Source: Burkholderiaceae bacterium (GTDB lineage Bacteria; Pseudomonadota; Gammaproteobacteria; Burkholderiales; Burkholderiaceae_A). From it: a stretch of 64,000 bases of DNA. Both the position numbers and the translations under genes were made by a program. Positions 22,025 through 31,476 of the stretch are shown one piece after another. Below the pieces are notes generated by a model. That model searched no databases and was not told where the DNA came from. It saw nothing but the letters and a program-made list of their open reading frames with translations. Position 1 is the first letter of the stretch; every line of letters starts with the position of its first letter. The DNA lies in assembly GCA_038147455.1 (NCBI GenBank), contig JAYQTQ010000001.1, positions 268,875 to 332,874 of the forward strand, read 5' to 3'.

Positions 22025-23100
22025 TTTGTTTTAAATAAGCTTTTATATTATCACCAACTAATAAATCTAAATTTTGGAAAGTCGTTTCATTGTTATTACT
22101 TATCAACAGCTCATTTTTATCAATTAAAGAGAGTAAAAATTGCAAATAAGAATTTCTTCAAAATGATCTTCTTGCCAAAGTCTAATCTACGAATTAGATA
22201 TTTTTAAATACCTCTTCAGGTCATAATCTATTTTTAAATACTTTTGGCATCTTTCATAATCTTTGAGAACGATTTAAGGTATCGTTTACTTTTATACTCA
22301 ACTATATTCTCTTTAAAAACATTTTATATCAAGTTTATCCATATGACCTCTAGCCATGGATACCTTCCGAGACAAAGTTCGTTAGAGACTCTCCTTTATT
22401 AATACTCTGGATTAAAAAACCAAACACATACTTAAATCTGGAGACTTTTTTTAAAATTTGAAAAAAAAAATTTTCTAACGTGTCTCTTGCTGGATCTATA
22501 GTGCCAATAAATAAAAAATAATTCCAAAAGAACCACTAATAACTGAAAATGATAGGTGTCCATATCGGTACTCCTTTTTTCTCATTTAAATTTAAATGAA
22601 AACAATATGAGTCCAAAATTAGCGAACCATTGATTTTAAAAATTTTTTCAAACAAATTCCTTGTTACTTCTATCTCGCAATAAATAAAAAAATAATTCCA
22701 AAAGAACAACTGATAACTGAAAATCAAGTCCTTATTTCTTTTAAATTTTTTTTAAATGTTTGTACTTAAAGACATCGTTAGGTGTTTTGAAAAGAGACCA
22801 AAATGTTTGGAACAACTGAATGATTCTTGACCATGATGTTCTCCATAATTAGTCATTTTGGTGACAACAATTTAGGACTTAGCCTTTTGAGCTTTCCCTT
22901 AAAAATGAATAAAAATATCACAGTTAATAACCTACTATAAACTCAGGATTCATCTTTTTTAGTAAGAATAAGTTTCAATAATAAAAGCTGGGCGCTAAAG
23001 GAAAGACTCTATTTAATGTACTGAGTTTAAGTAGGAAACTCAGGCAGTGTTGAAACTCATCACTGTTACTCTGAATCATTTGCTATTTGCTAGTAACGAT

Positions 23101-23565
23101 TTACTTTCCTTTACTTTCTACCAAGTCTTCTAAACGTAGGGCATAATTCTCTCGCTCCTCTTTTGTCATTCTTTCGATGTAAGCAATCAGAGATCCTCGT
23201 GCCGAACCCCGTCTCGACCGCGTAAATTCTGCCTGTTCATCTAGAAGATTTTCGAATGCACTCCGGTCAAAGGGGTGTTTTTTTAGGATGTCAACAGCAG
23301 AACGAAAACTAGCATAATTTTGCGCTTTAACCAATTCTCTACCATCTTTGTCTCCTAATATTTCATTTCGAAGTGCCTTTTTGTCTCTGAACTCCAGTGC
23401 TTGCATGTATAGGCGACCAGAAGCGAGGTGATGTACCATTGGGGCATTACCTTTTCGTATCAAAACACCACCTAAAGCACCGATTATCAAAAGGTTCAAA
23501 CCAAGTGATATTACGAATAGCATTTTCCAACGATTTCTCGATTTTGGATTTGTTGATTCTGTCAT
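23101..23565 (-). CDS. membrane-anchored periplasmic stress/metal-sensor-like protein (Spy/ZraP/Metal_resist superfamily)
   Basis: One N-terminal TM, then a helical domain (..KKHPFDRSAFENLLDEQAEF..MTKEERENYALRLE). It is the last gene of the ECF sigma operon. Confidence 0.5.
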   Translation of the reverse strand: MTESTNPKSRNRWKMLFVISLGLNLLIIGALGGVLIRKGNAPMVHHLASGRLYMQALEFRDKKALRNEILGDKDGRELVKAQNYASFRSAVDILKKHPFDRSAFENLLDEQAEFTRSRRGSARGSLIAYIERMTKEERENYALRLEDLVESKGK

Positions 23566-23575
23566 TTTAAGTATC

Positions 23576-23959
23576 CTAAAAAATTTCGTTCATCCCAAAA
23601 AATAATCCAGTGAAGTCTACCTCATGAAAGATATTGATCTGAAAAAAACTTGCTAAAGGTTGGGTCCAATCAGGAGAATAAAAACCAATATAAACTCCTA
23701 CTGCAAGTGATGCCGCAAATCCTACAACTGAAGGAAATCCTGACAACTCTTTTAAACATACAAGAGTGGCATCTAATCTTGGTAAGTCTTGTATTGCATC
23801 ACCTCCACCCCGTGTTTTGTGCGCGTCTTTTAGAATACGTGCCTTAAAAGCTGGAGAAACCTTTGGAGCGGAGGTTTTCGCTGCATCAAAAAAATTAGAA
23901 AGGTCCCCTTTTCCATGAACCGTATACCATACATTTGAGTTTTGCTTGTTTTTAGCCAT
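23576..23959 (-). CDS. putative anti-sigma factor
   Basis: The start overlaps the sigma-factor stop by 8 nt. One predicted TM (FPSVVGFAASLAVGVYIGFY). The call rests on position. Confidence 0.4.
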   Translation of the reverse strand: MAKNKQNSNVWYTVHGKGDLSNFFDAAKTSAPKVSPAFKARILKDAHKTRGGGDAIQDLPRLDATLVCLKELSGFPSVVGFAASLAVGVYIGFYSPDWTQPLASFFQINIFHEVDFTGLFFGMNEIF

Positions 23960-24531
23960 CGCTATATCCTAATTTTGATTTTTGAGTTTGCAAAATTTCT
24001 ATTAACTTACGCTTACCTCGTGCAGTAAGGCTTTCAACTGCTTCAATACTTAACTCCATAATTTCAGCGATTTCAGGATTGGAAAGTTCATCAATATGTC
24101 GCAGCTGAATAGCAAGACGCTGATTTTCTGGCAATATTGACATTGCATCATAAAGAGCCTTTTGACGATATTGCGCATCAATGTTATCAGTTGGCGACTG
24201 AGTTCACATCAGTTACTTCTTGAGCACTACTTAAATTTTCGAGAGTTGCTCGTCGGTAGCGATCTTTACACAAATTATAAACCACGCGATAGAGCCACGT
24301 AGAAACTTGCGCTTTGTCATATTTCCAGTTTGGCGCAATTTTCCATAGTTTCAAAAAAGCCTCTTGCGTCACATCTTCAGCATCCGCAATGTTCCCTAAT
24401 CGATAATAAGCATGCGAATATATTTTCGGCATAAGTCGTTCCGTAAGTTGCTGAGCTGCACTACGATCCCCTTTTGCAAAAGCGACTAACAAAACATTAT
24501 CATCCTGTTTTTTTTTCCAGTTATTAAACAT
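23952..24531 (-). pseudogene. ECF (group 4) sigma-70 factor, one frameshift near 24205
   Basis: Region 2 lies in ORF 24187-24531 (DAEDVTQEAFLKLW, STWLYRVVYNLCKDRYRR). Region 4 lies in ORF 23952-24143 (LPENQRLAIQLRHIDELSNPEIAEIMELSIEAVESLTARGKRKL). Confidence 0.8.
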
Positions 24532-24588
24532 TGAAGCGCCTTAAACAACTCTTGATTAGAGTAATAAACAAATGTGTGAATCAAGCAG

Positions 24589-25053
24589 CTATCTTGTTAA
24601 TAGAAATCGCTCCATCGCAAGATTTTTTTTTATTCGTTGAACTTCATCTTTACTTATGTATCCATCAGCATCCTCATCCACTCGATCGAACATTTTACTC
24701 AAGTTTTTAGCAAGCTGGCTTTTTTTTAGTTCTACAAAACTTACACTGCCATCGCCATTTGAATCTAATTTTCTGATCATTCGTTTTACAGAAAATTCAG
24801 AGCGCCTGATGTGTTGCTGCATTAATTCTTCTGCACTCAACTTTTTATCACCATTCAAATCTATAGACTTAACGACCATCTGTCTTTGCTTCCTGATTTC
24901 ATCTTTTGATACTTTCCCATCATCATTGATGTCTAAATCTTCAAAGTCCAGCATACCAATCATTTTTATCCCCTCAGATGTTTTTGCAGTTATCGTGGTT
25001 CCTATAGTAAGTGCAAACAACAATACAACTGAAAATTTTAATTGATTTGACAT
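24589..25053 (-). CDS. secreted four-EF-hand calcium-binding protein
   Basis: Signal peptide plus four DxDxDG-type loops (DINDDGKVSKDE, DLNGDKKLSAEE, DSNGDGSVSFVE, DEDADGYISKDE). Confidence 0.8.
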   Translation of the reverse strand: MSNQLKFSVVLLFALTIGTTITAKTSEGIKMIGMLDFEDLDINDDGKVSKDEIRKQRQMVVKSIDLNGDKKLSAEELMQQHIRRSEFSVKRMIRKLDSNGDGSVSFVELKKSQLAKNLSKMFDRVDEDADGYISKDEVQRIKKNLAMERFLLTR

Positions 25054-25273
25054 ATCTAACTCCTTATTACGTTCTTAATTATCATTAATTTTGTTAAAGA
25101 CATCTGTTAAACGCATGAGGGTTGTTTTTCCGTCGCAACTTAGAAAAGTTACACTACTGCATTTTCTTGCAATTAACTAATTCGGGATTTTTTGGAACAA
25201 GGATATCGAACAGAAACAAATTTGATACGTCCGTAAGCTATTGATTTAAATTGGAAAATTTGCTTATTTAACC

Positions 25274-25342
25274 TGGCGGAGAGAGCGGGATTCGAACTGA
25301 GCACTTAACTCATTGATTCTATTTACTATTCTGAATCACTTT
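25274..25342. repeat. att-like repeat copy 2
   Basis: TGGCGGAGAGAGCGGGATTCGAACTGAGCACTTAACTCATTGATTCTATTTACTATTCTGAATCACTT. The arm is cut short where the truncated hydrolase ORF ends. Confidence 0.85.
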
Positions 25343-25883
25343 ATTGCGCCAATGTCCAATCAAGATAGGCAACTGGATCAGCCCCGATCATCCTCTCCGG
25401 CAATGGAAAGGGTTGAGCCAGAAACGTCCAATGATAAGCGGTAATAGCCAAATCAGCCGTCCAACTGGCCCAAAAATCTGCTGTCGGAACAATTTCAATA
25501 ATTCCCAATTTATTAATCCGTCCCGGATGATCTAGCGCAAAACGATAGGCAACGCGCGCGCCTCTATCATGACCCAAAACATCTGCACGTTGTATAGCAA
25601 GTGCGTTGAGCAAATCCGCAATATCTTTTGCCATTGTACGTTTCGAATAGGTAATATTCCCAGATTCATTGGGTGGAGCTTCACTCTCACCATAGCCTCG
25701 TAAATCGGGTATGATAACATCGCGACTCGTTGCCAATCGGGGAGCGACTCTCTCCCAACACATGTGATTTTGCGGAAAACCGTGGAGCAGAAGTAGAGGT
25801 TTCCCTTGACCGCCGCGGTGCACAGATAGGGCTACGCCATTGCAGGTAACCGTGAATTTTCTAAAACCTTTAATCATGTCCAA
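25341..25883 (-). pseudogene. alpha/beta hydrolase (haloacetate dehalogenase / epoxide hydrolase-like), C-terminally truncated
   Basis: LLLHGFPQNHMCWERVAP, DLRGYGES and GHDRGARVAYRFALDHP match the N-terminal ~180 aa of a family that is normally ~290-300 aa. The ORF stops at the edge of repeat copy 2. Confidence 0.7.
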
Positions 25884-26164
25884 ACCTTAGGGGGTTGGTT
25901 ATAGAAAAAAGAAAATTGATTTGTAGTACTATTTTAAACCCTTGTCTATCGATGCGCCAATTATGAACAAATTACCGGGTTTAATAAAATAGTTAACAGT
26001 CACTAAATGAAAAACATATTTTTTTGATATTTGTAACTTTATCCTCTACGAGTATTTTCTGTATTTTCAAATAAAATACTTTCTTTGGTAAGTCACTGTA
26101 TTAGGTGTTAGCATTTTGGGGTTCTATTTGTTAATTTTTACCAGTAGATTTATTTTTGGTTTTT

Positions 26165-26560
26165 TAATTGAATGAAAAAAGTTATTGTCATAATCCTACT
26201 TACCTATTCCATTAGTGGATTTGCAGTTAAATGGGAAAAAATTACCAATGGCTATGATGGGAATTCAATATACATTGATCTTGATAGTATAGAAAAAAAG
26301 AAAGCCGTGTTTATTACTCGAACTTGATTGACTTTCTAGAACCTAAGCAAAAAAGTTATTCAGTTGTTAGTAAATTTAAGGTTGATTGTGGAGAGGAACA
26401 AATGAGTTGGTTAAGCACAACTTATTTTAGCCAACAAATGGGTAAAGGGGAAATTACATCCACATCTACCGTTAAACAAATTCGACTTCCACAAACAGAC
26501 ACACTTGCACGTGCGGAGTTATTATTCGTTTGTAACTGGTCTGCATTATCTAGTCAGTAA
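26165..26560 (+). pseudogene. surface-adhesin-E-like small secreted protein, one frameshift
   Basis: ATG at 26165 gives MKKVIVIILLTYSISGFAVKWEKITNGYDGNSIYIDLDSIEKKKAVF.., then shifts into ORF 26324-26560 (..SKFKVDCGEEQMSWLSTTYFSQQMGKGEI..LLFVC). The pattern resembles the Adhesin_E family. Confidence 0.55.
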
Positions 26561-26579
26561 TCGTTAACTGGTTGAGGGT

Positions 26580-27308
26580 ATGAAAAAACATTTTAGTAAT
26601 GAAGAAAAAGCAATCGATATACATCTTTACACTGCTCCAACAATGAACGGTTGGAAGCCAGTTATATTGTTGGAAGAATTGGGTGTAAATTATAAAGTTA
26701 CACATGTTGATTTCTCAAAAAATGAACAAAGAAATCCGCACTATTTAAAGCTAAATCCTAATGGTCGTATTCCTACTATTGTAGATGTTTCAAATAATGA
26801 TTTTGTAGTTTTTGAGTCAGGCGCTATTCTCTGGTACTTAGCTGAAAAATACAATAAGTTTCTTCCTTCCACCTTAGAACAAAAGAGTCAAACTTTACAG
26901 TGGTTAATGTTTCAGGTTGGTGGAATTGGTCCAATGATGGGTCAAGCGATGTTTTTTCAACGAATAGCAGCTAGAAACGGTAATTATAATCCTTCAGCCA
27001 TAAAACGTTATGTAGATGAAAGTCGCCGTCTTTTGGAGGTATTGAATAAACGGTTAGAGGGTCGCAATTACTTAGTTGATGAGCAATATACCATAGCTGA
27101 CATAGCTACTTATCCCTGGGCGAGAGCTTATTTTTGGGCTAACGTTTCAATTGATGGACTACACCATTTAAAACTATGGTTGGAACGCATTGATTCTCGA
27201 GAGAAAACGAGTAAGGCACTCGAAATTCCCAGACCGTTTTGGGCATTTTTTGGTAAAGGCAATATTGATAAGCAAGAGAAAGAAAATGCTGATTGGTTCA
27301 AAGGGTAA
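26580..27308 (+). CDS. Nu-class glutathione S-transferase (YghU/YfcG-like)
   Basis: Intact 242-aa ORF. The thioredoxin-like N-domain has NGWKPVILLEELGV, LKLNPNGRIPTIVD and VFESGAILWYLAEKY. Confidence 0.85.
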   Translation: MKKHFSNEEKAIDIHLYTAPTMNGWKPVILLEELGVNYKVTHVDFSKNEQRNPHYLKLNPNGRIPTIVDVSNNDFVVFESGAILWYLAEKYNKFLPSTLEQKSQTLQWLMFQVGGIGPMMGQAMFFQRIAARNGNYNPSAIKRYVDESRRLLEVLNKRLEGRNYLVDEQYTIADIATYPWARAYFWANVSIDGLHHLKLWLERIDSREKTSKALEIPRPFWAFFGKGNIDKQEKENADWFKG

Positions 27309-27412
27309 TCTTTTCTAGAACTAATACACAATTTCGGGAATTAAAAAATATCTACAGTTATATTTAGTTATCTACCGTATTAATTTTTTATCGAGAAATC
27401 AGTAAGTTTGCC

Positions 27413-27512
27413 TGGCGGAGAGAGCGGGATTCGAACTGAGCACATTGATTCTATTTAGGATTTGAATCACTTTTTCTATCACACTGTTACTCACAATTCT
27501 GAATCACTTTTT
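27413..27512. repeat. att-like repeat copy 3
   Basis: TGGCGGAGAGAGCGGGATTCGAACTGAGCACATTGATTCTATTTAGGATTTGAATCACTTTTTCTATCACACTGTTACTCACAATTCTGAATCACTTTTT. The GAATCAC sub-repeat occurs twice. Confidence 0.85.
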
Positions 27513-27549
27513 GTATAAAAGCGTTAGCTAGACCTAATAGTTGTTACAT

Positions 27550-28770
27550 TTATTTGCTAACGCTATTTTCACTCCATGGTTCAAAGGGTCGGGTAATGTT
27601 GCCCAGTAATCTTTTCCTCGTAAAACTTCCTCTTCGCTTAAAAATACAATCATCGAGTGTTTTAATCATCGCCTCTTTGTTTAGCCCCTGCCCTATGAAT
27701 ACCAATTCTTGACGCATATCTCCGAATGGTTCGACCCAACTTTCTTTGATAGAAGATAGATACTCTTCATCTACTGGCCAATCTTTCTTTGGAGTAGCTT
27801 TCCAAAACATTCCTGCAAAACCGTGTCTTGCTATTCCGCCAGCCTGATTCCATTGTCCAGCAAACTGCGGTCGTGTAGCTAACCAGAAATACCCTTTCGA
27901 ACGAATAAGCTTTCCAAATTTTTCCGTTCCATGAAGAAAAGCATAAAACTTCTCTGGGTGAAAGGGTCTACGTGCTTCATACACAAAACTACTAATTCCA
28001 TATTCTTCCGTCTCAGGAATATGTTCCCCGCGCATTTCTTTAAGCCAACCAGGAGCTTGTTGCGCACGCTCAAAATCAAATAAGCCTGTATTTAACACCT
28101 CATCAATTGCTATTTTTCCGTGCTTTGCTGAAATAATTTTTGCGTGAGTATTCAATGTTTTTATTACGGCAATTAGCCTCTTTAAATCAGTCTCTTGAAT
28201 GAGATCAGTCTTACTTACAACTATGAGATCAGCAAACTCAACCTGCTCAACAAGTAAATCTGCAACACTGCGTTCATCTTCTTCTCCGAGCGATTCATTT
28301 GTTTCTTGTAACAACTTTGCCTCATCAAAATCTTTCAGAAAATTCACTGCATCGACAACGGTTACCATTGTATCTAGTTTGGCTACATCTGATAAAGAAA
28401 CACCATTTTCGTCCGCAAATGTAAATGTTTCGGCTACAGGTAAAGGTTCCGAAATCCCTGTAGATTCAATCACTAAATAATCAAAACGACCTTCTTGTGC
28501 TAGTTTCGTGACCTCTATCAACAGGTCCTCCCTGAGAGTGCAACAAATACAACCATTGCTCATTTCTACGAGCTTTTCTTCACTTCGACTAAGAGAAACA
28601 TTGTTATTAACTACTTGCGAATCAATATTGATTTCACTCATATCATTAACAATTACTGCAACTTTTTTGTTTTCTCTGTTGTTAAGAATATGACTTAATA
28701 CCGTGGTTTTCCAGCGCCTAAAAACCCAGAGAGAACCGTCACTGGTAACTTGTTTGTAATTGCAGACAAC
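27550..28770 (-). pseudogene. CobW/ZigA-type zinc metallochaperone GTPase, one frameshift in a 4-nt homopolymer run at 28707-28710
   Basis: The 363-aa ORF carries CICC, ESTGISEP and the CobW C-terminal domain. The P-loop GFLGAGK(TT)VLSHIL lies upstream in a shifted frame, starting at TTG 28770 behind GGGAG. Confidence 0.8.
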
Positions 28771-28788
28771 TCACACTCCCGTTTATAA

Positions 28789-28805
28789 ATGATATATTAT
28801 ATCAT
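28789..28805. promoter_or_regulatory. Zur-box-like perfect palindrome in the divergent zigA / DUF1826 intergenic region
   Basis: ATGATATA-T-TATATCAT (8-1-8 perfect palindrome), flanked as AAATGATATATTATATCATAATT. It is similar to the gammaproteobacterial Zur consensus as I recall it (GAAATGTTATAnTATAACATTTC). Confidence 0.55.
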
Positions 28806-28815
28806 AATTCAAATA

Positions 28816-29511
28816 ATGACGTATTTTTTTATTTTCTGGAAAGGAATTTTCCACATTACTGATATTTACTTTAAAACAAAGTGCTCTGCGGATCTTAAAT
28901 CTTATGACAATAATATTGTTAAGCTAGCTATAGTAGAGAGAGAGTTACCTGAGGAAGCCCACAAGTTTTTTCTACAATTGATTAGAGAACCATTTAATGT
29001 TTTCGGGAAGATAAGCAAGAGTTCAGCGCTGACCAGTATAGAAACTATGCTGAACAACATAATTAGTAACGATATTCAGAAAAACCTTTTTTATGCCTAT
29101 TGGCTAAGGGATATGGCAGATATATGTGCATTATTCTGTGAAATGGAAAACAGTAGTTCAATAGGTTTTTCGTTAGGAACAGACCGTGGATGCAGGCGCT
29201 TTCACATCGACCAAGTCCCACAACGATTATTGGTAACCTACTCAGGAAAAGGAACTGAATGGCTTCCTGAGGACCACGCAAATTATCACGAATACTTTAA
29301 CGGATCTCCTAATGCACAAATTGTAAAACAAAACTGTAAAACCCAGTTTATTAACCAATGGGATATAGCCGTATTTCACGGGGGACCTTCTGGGTTATTG
29401 CATCGAACACCCGATGAAGCATTAGAAAAATTATCAATATTGATGAGACTAGATCATGAATCATTTTGGGATTCAATGATTAACAAGAGACAGTCGCTTT
29501 CCACTAACTAG
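28816..29511 (+). CDS. DUF1826-like protein (frequent CobW/ZigA neighbour)
   Basis: ORF with RFHIDQVPQRLLVTYSGKGTEWL, which matches my recollection of DUF1826. Start placed at the second Met because the first ATG lies inside the palindrome. Confidence 0.45.
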   Translation: MTYFFIFWKGIFHITDIYFKTKCSADLKSYDNNIVKLAIVERELPEEAHKFFLQLIREPFNVFGKISKSSALTSIETMLNNIISNDIQKNLFYAYWLRDMADICALFCEMENSSSIGFSLGTDRGCRRFHIDQVPQRLLVTYSGKGTEWLPEDHANYHEYFNGSPNAQIVKQNCKTQFINQWDIAVFHGGPSGLLHRTPDEALEKLSILMRLDHESFWDSMINKRQSLSTN

Positions 29512-29718
29512 TCGCAGCATTTACGAAATGAATTTTAAACATTAAATTTGTGGTTACCATCAAGTTAATGAGAAGTAAATTTTTTTAGGAACAAAAAATT
29601 TTAGCAAAGAGGAGAAAATGATGCCCACTAAGATAATAAAGCAAAAGCGTTAAATGATATCGCAAATGAACTAGAACCACCCGAGGAAGAAATTCAAAAG
29701 CCGTCAAAAGAAGAGCTA

Positions 29719-29916
29719 ATGAATAAACTCACCTTGGCTATCGTATTGTCAGCTATCGCTCCATCAAAAGAGCAATCGGAGGAAGCTACAAGACATGCCG
29801 AAACAATTATAAATATGGGGTTAACAGTAGCTGAAACGGAGACTTGTAAAAAGAGAGCTATGGGACGAATCCAAAGTGGTGAGAATCCTCTTGCTGGTTT
29901 AGATAAAGTTTTGTAA
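29719..29916 (+). CDS. hypothetical small protein (possibly longer, frameshifted from about 29618)
   Basis: 65-aa ORF. An upstream frame reads ..ALNDIANELEPPEEEIQKPSKEEL into it. No domain recognised. Confidence 0.25.
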   Translation: MNKLTLAIVLSAIAPSKEQSEEATRHAETIINMGLTVAETETCKKRAMGRIQSGENPLAGLDKVL

Positions 29917-29960
29917 ACAGCTAGGTTGTGCTAATTTTTGCTCTTTTAAAATTCTAAGTT

Positions 29961-29994
29961 TGATTTTACTATTTTAGTAAAATCAATTTTTTTT
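29961..29994 (+). terminator. rho-independent terminator candidate
   Basis: Perfect 11-bp stem TGATTTTACTA/TAGTAAAATCA with a 3-nt loop (29961-29985), followed by A plus T8. The stem is AT-rich and therefore weak. Confidence 0.45.
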
Positions 29995-30143
29995 AATGTT
30001 TCGGTTTAATGCGAATTGTTTTTAGTTTCGTACCCCTTTTTTTCAATAAAAAAATATTTGTTTTGTCAGATAAAAGTGATTTAAGAAAGAAGTATGGGAC
30101 CCCTAGATATCTATAAATGAAGATAGATTACTATGTACATTCT

Positions 30144-30273
30144 TGGCGGAGAGAGATTCTATTTGGAATTCGAACTGCCGTTACTCACTATTTAACTCAT
30201 TGATTTTATTTACTATTCTGAATCACAATCTTTAATTTGATTAATTGGAATCCAACTCAACGTTTTACTCACA
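30144..30273. repeat. att-like repeat copy 4 (internally rearranged)
   Basis: TGGCGGAGAGAG / ATTCTATTTGG / AATTCGAACTG / CCGTTACTCAC / TATTTAACTCATTGATTTTATTTACTATTCTGAATCAC ... GTTTTACTCACA. It has the same blocks as the other copies in scrambled order. Confidence 0.7.
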
Positions 30274-30289
30274 TTGGTGTGCAAAACCA

Positions 30290-31020
30290 GCTTGACTCTA
30301 ACAAAAAATCAACTACGGTATTATACCAACTGCGATCAAACAAAACGATTTAAAATTTCATCTTTAGCTGCGGCGGGCACCATCTGTTGACTGGGCCCTC
30401 AAAACGCCTCTCTTGTTCTTCATACCAATATTTTTTGAAAATACCATTGAGTTTTTTCTATTTTTTTTAGTGCACGACCACTTTAACATATTCTGAAAAT
30501 ACCAAGAGAGTTCCTTCACGGGTATTAAATATTCTTAATAGCTCTCTCCTTTTCCAGTAAAACTGCATCTCTTCCTCAAAAGCACAACAACTTTCAACTG
30601 ATCTTGTTTAATCCATTCCTGTAACTTGATATCTATTTGTAGATTTTTTAATTCCTTATTATATTTTTTGCTATCAAGTTTGCTCATAAGAGTCCTTTCT
30701 TTTAATGCACTTTTCATCCATTAAAATTTCTCGTTGTGGTTTACAATCTGGTACTTTTGTTATTTCAATACTCGATTTTTTATAACTATAAATGCCACCG
30801 TCTCTATGGAGTTGCTCTGAAAATTTCGTACTTTAGCTCACCTCTTTTGTCACCATCTGTTGTACTGGGCCACACAAAATCCACTCCCTTTAAAACGATT
30901 CCAGCATGATGTAAGGTCCGAGTATTTTTTACTTTCCGTAAACATATGGCCAACAGATAACAAGTAAAACTCCTTCACGGGTATTAAACGTTCCTGTGTA
31001 CCGAATTTCTTTTGCCCTTC
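30290..31020 (-). pseudogene. polyphosphate kinase 2 (PPK2) fragments
   Basis: ORF 30535-30717 reads ..LDSKKYNKELKNLQIDIKLQEWIKQDQLKVVVLL.., then a garbled P-loop region (..GKGES). The WYFQ-containing piece and the C-terminal EEGQKKF../APW-like piece are out of frame. Confidence 0.5.
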
Positions 31021-31041
31021 TTCAGTAAACTTAATCTTCCT

Positions 31042-31287
31042 TCATATCGAGATGAAAAAATCTCCATTTTCAAGCTTTACTGAGGCTCTTACATCTATCA
31101 TTAACCGGCCATTATCACTTACCCCATTATTCCAATCAGCAGTCTGACCAACAATTTTACCTTTTGTACCGTCTGTCATTATTACATAACCGGTTAGCGG
31201 CCAAATTGCTCTACCTTCACCAATTTTTTCTACCAACCCTACTTTTTTCTCATCCCACTGAAGGACATATGTCATTACATGTGTCAA
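31042..31287 (-). pseudogene. truncated secreted protein fragment (possibly DUF3237-like)
   Basis: ..GKIVGQTADWNNGVSDNGRLMIDVRASVKLENGDFFISI. A signal-peptide-like MNHLPYIVSFF.. lies upstream at about 31375 in another frame. Confidence 0.3.
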
Positions 31288-31476
31288 TGAAGTCTTTTTT
31301 ATTTCTTTTGAAACTGCAGTACTAATGATTTAAACAAGAAGAAAAAAACTAACAATATAAGGAAGATGGTTCATAATGCTCCAAAAATATTTTGAATGAC
31401 TGAATCCTACTACAATGATTATTTGGATGAAAGGAACTTAATAGTAACTAAAAATGTTTCCCCGCATCATATTTTT

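Noticed and set aside
25054-25270. ECF-type promoter (GGAAA..CGTT) upstream of the EF-hand/sigma operon
   Set aside because: The only candidate on the correct strand (GGAAAAACAACCCTCATGCGTT) has about 13 nt between the elements, too short for the usual 16-17 nt spacing. Homopolymer uncertainty prevents a confident call.
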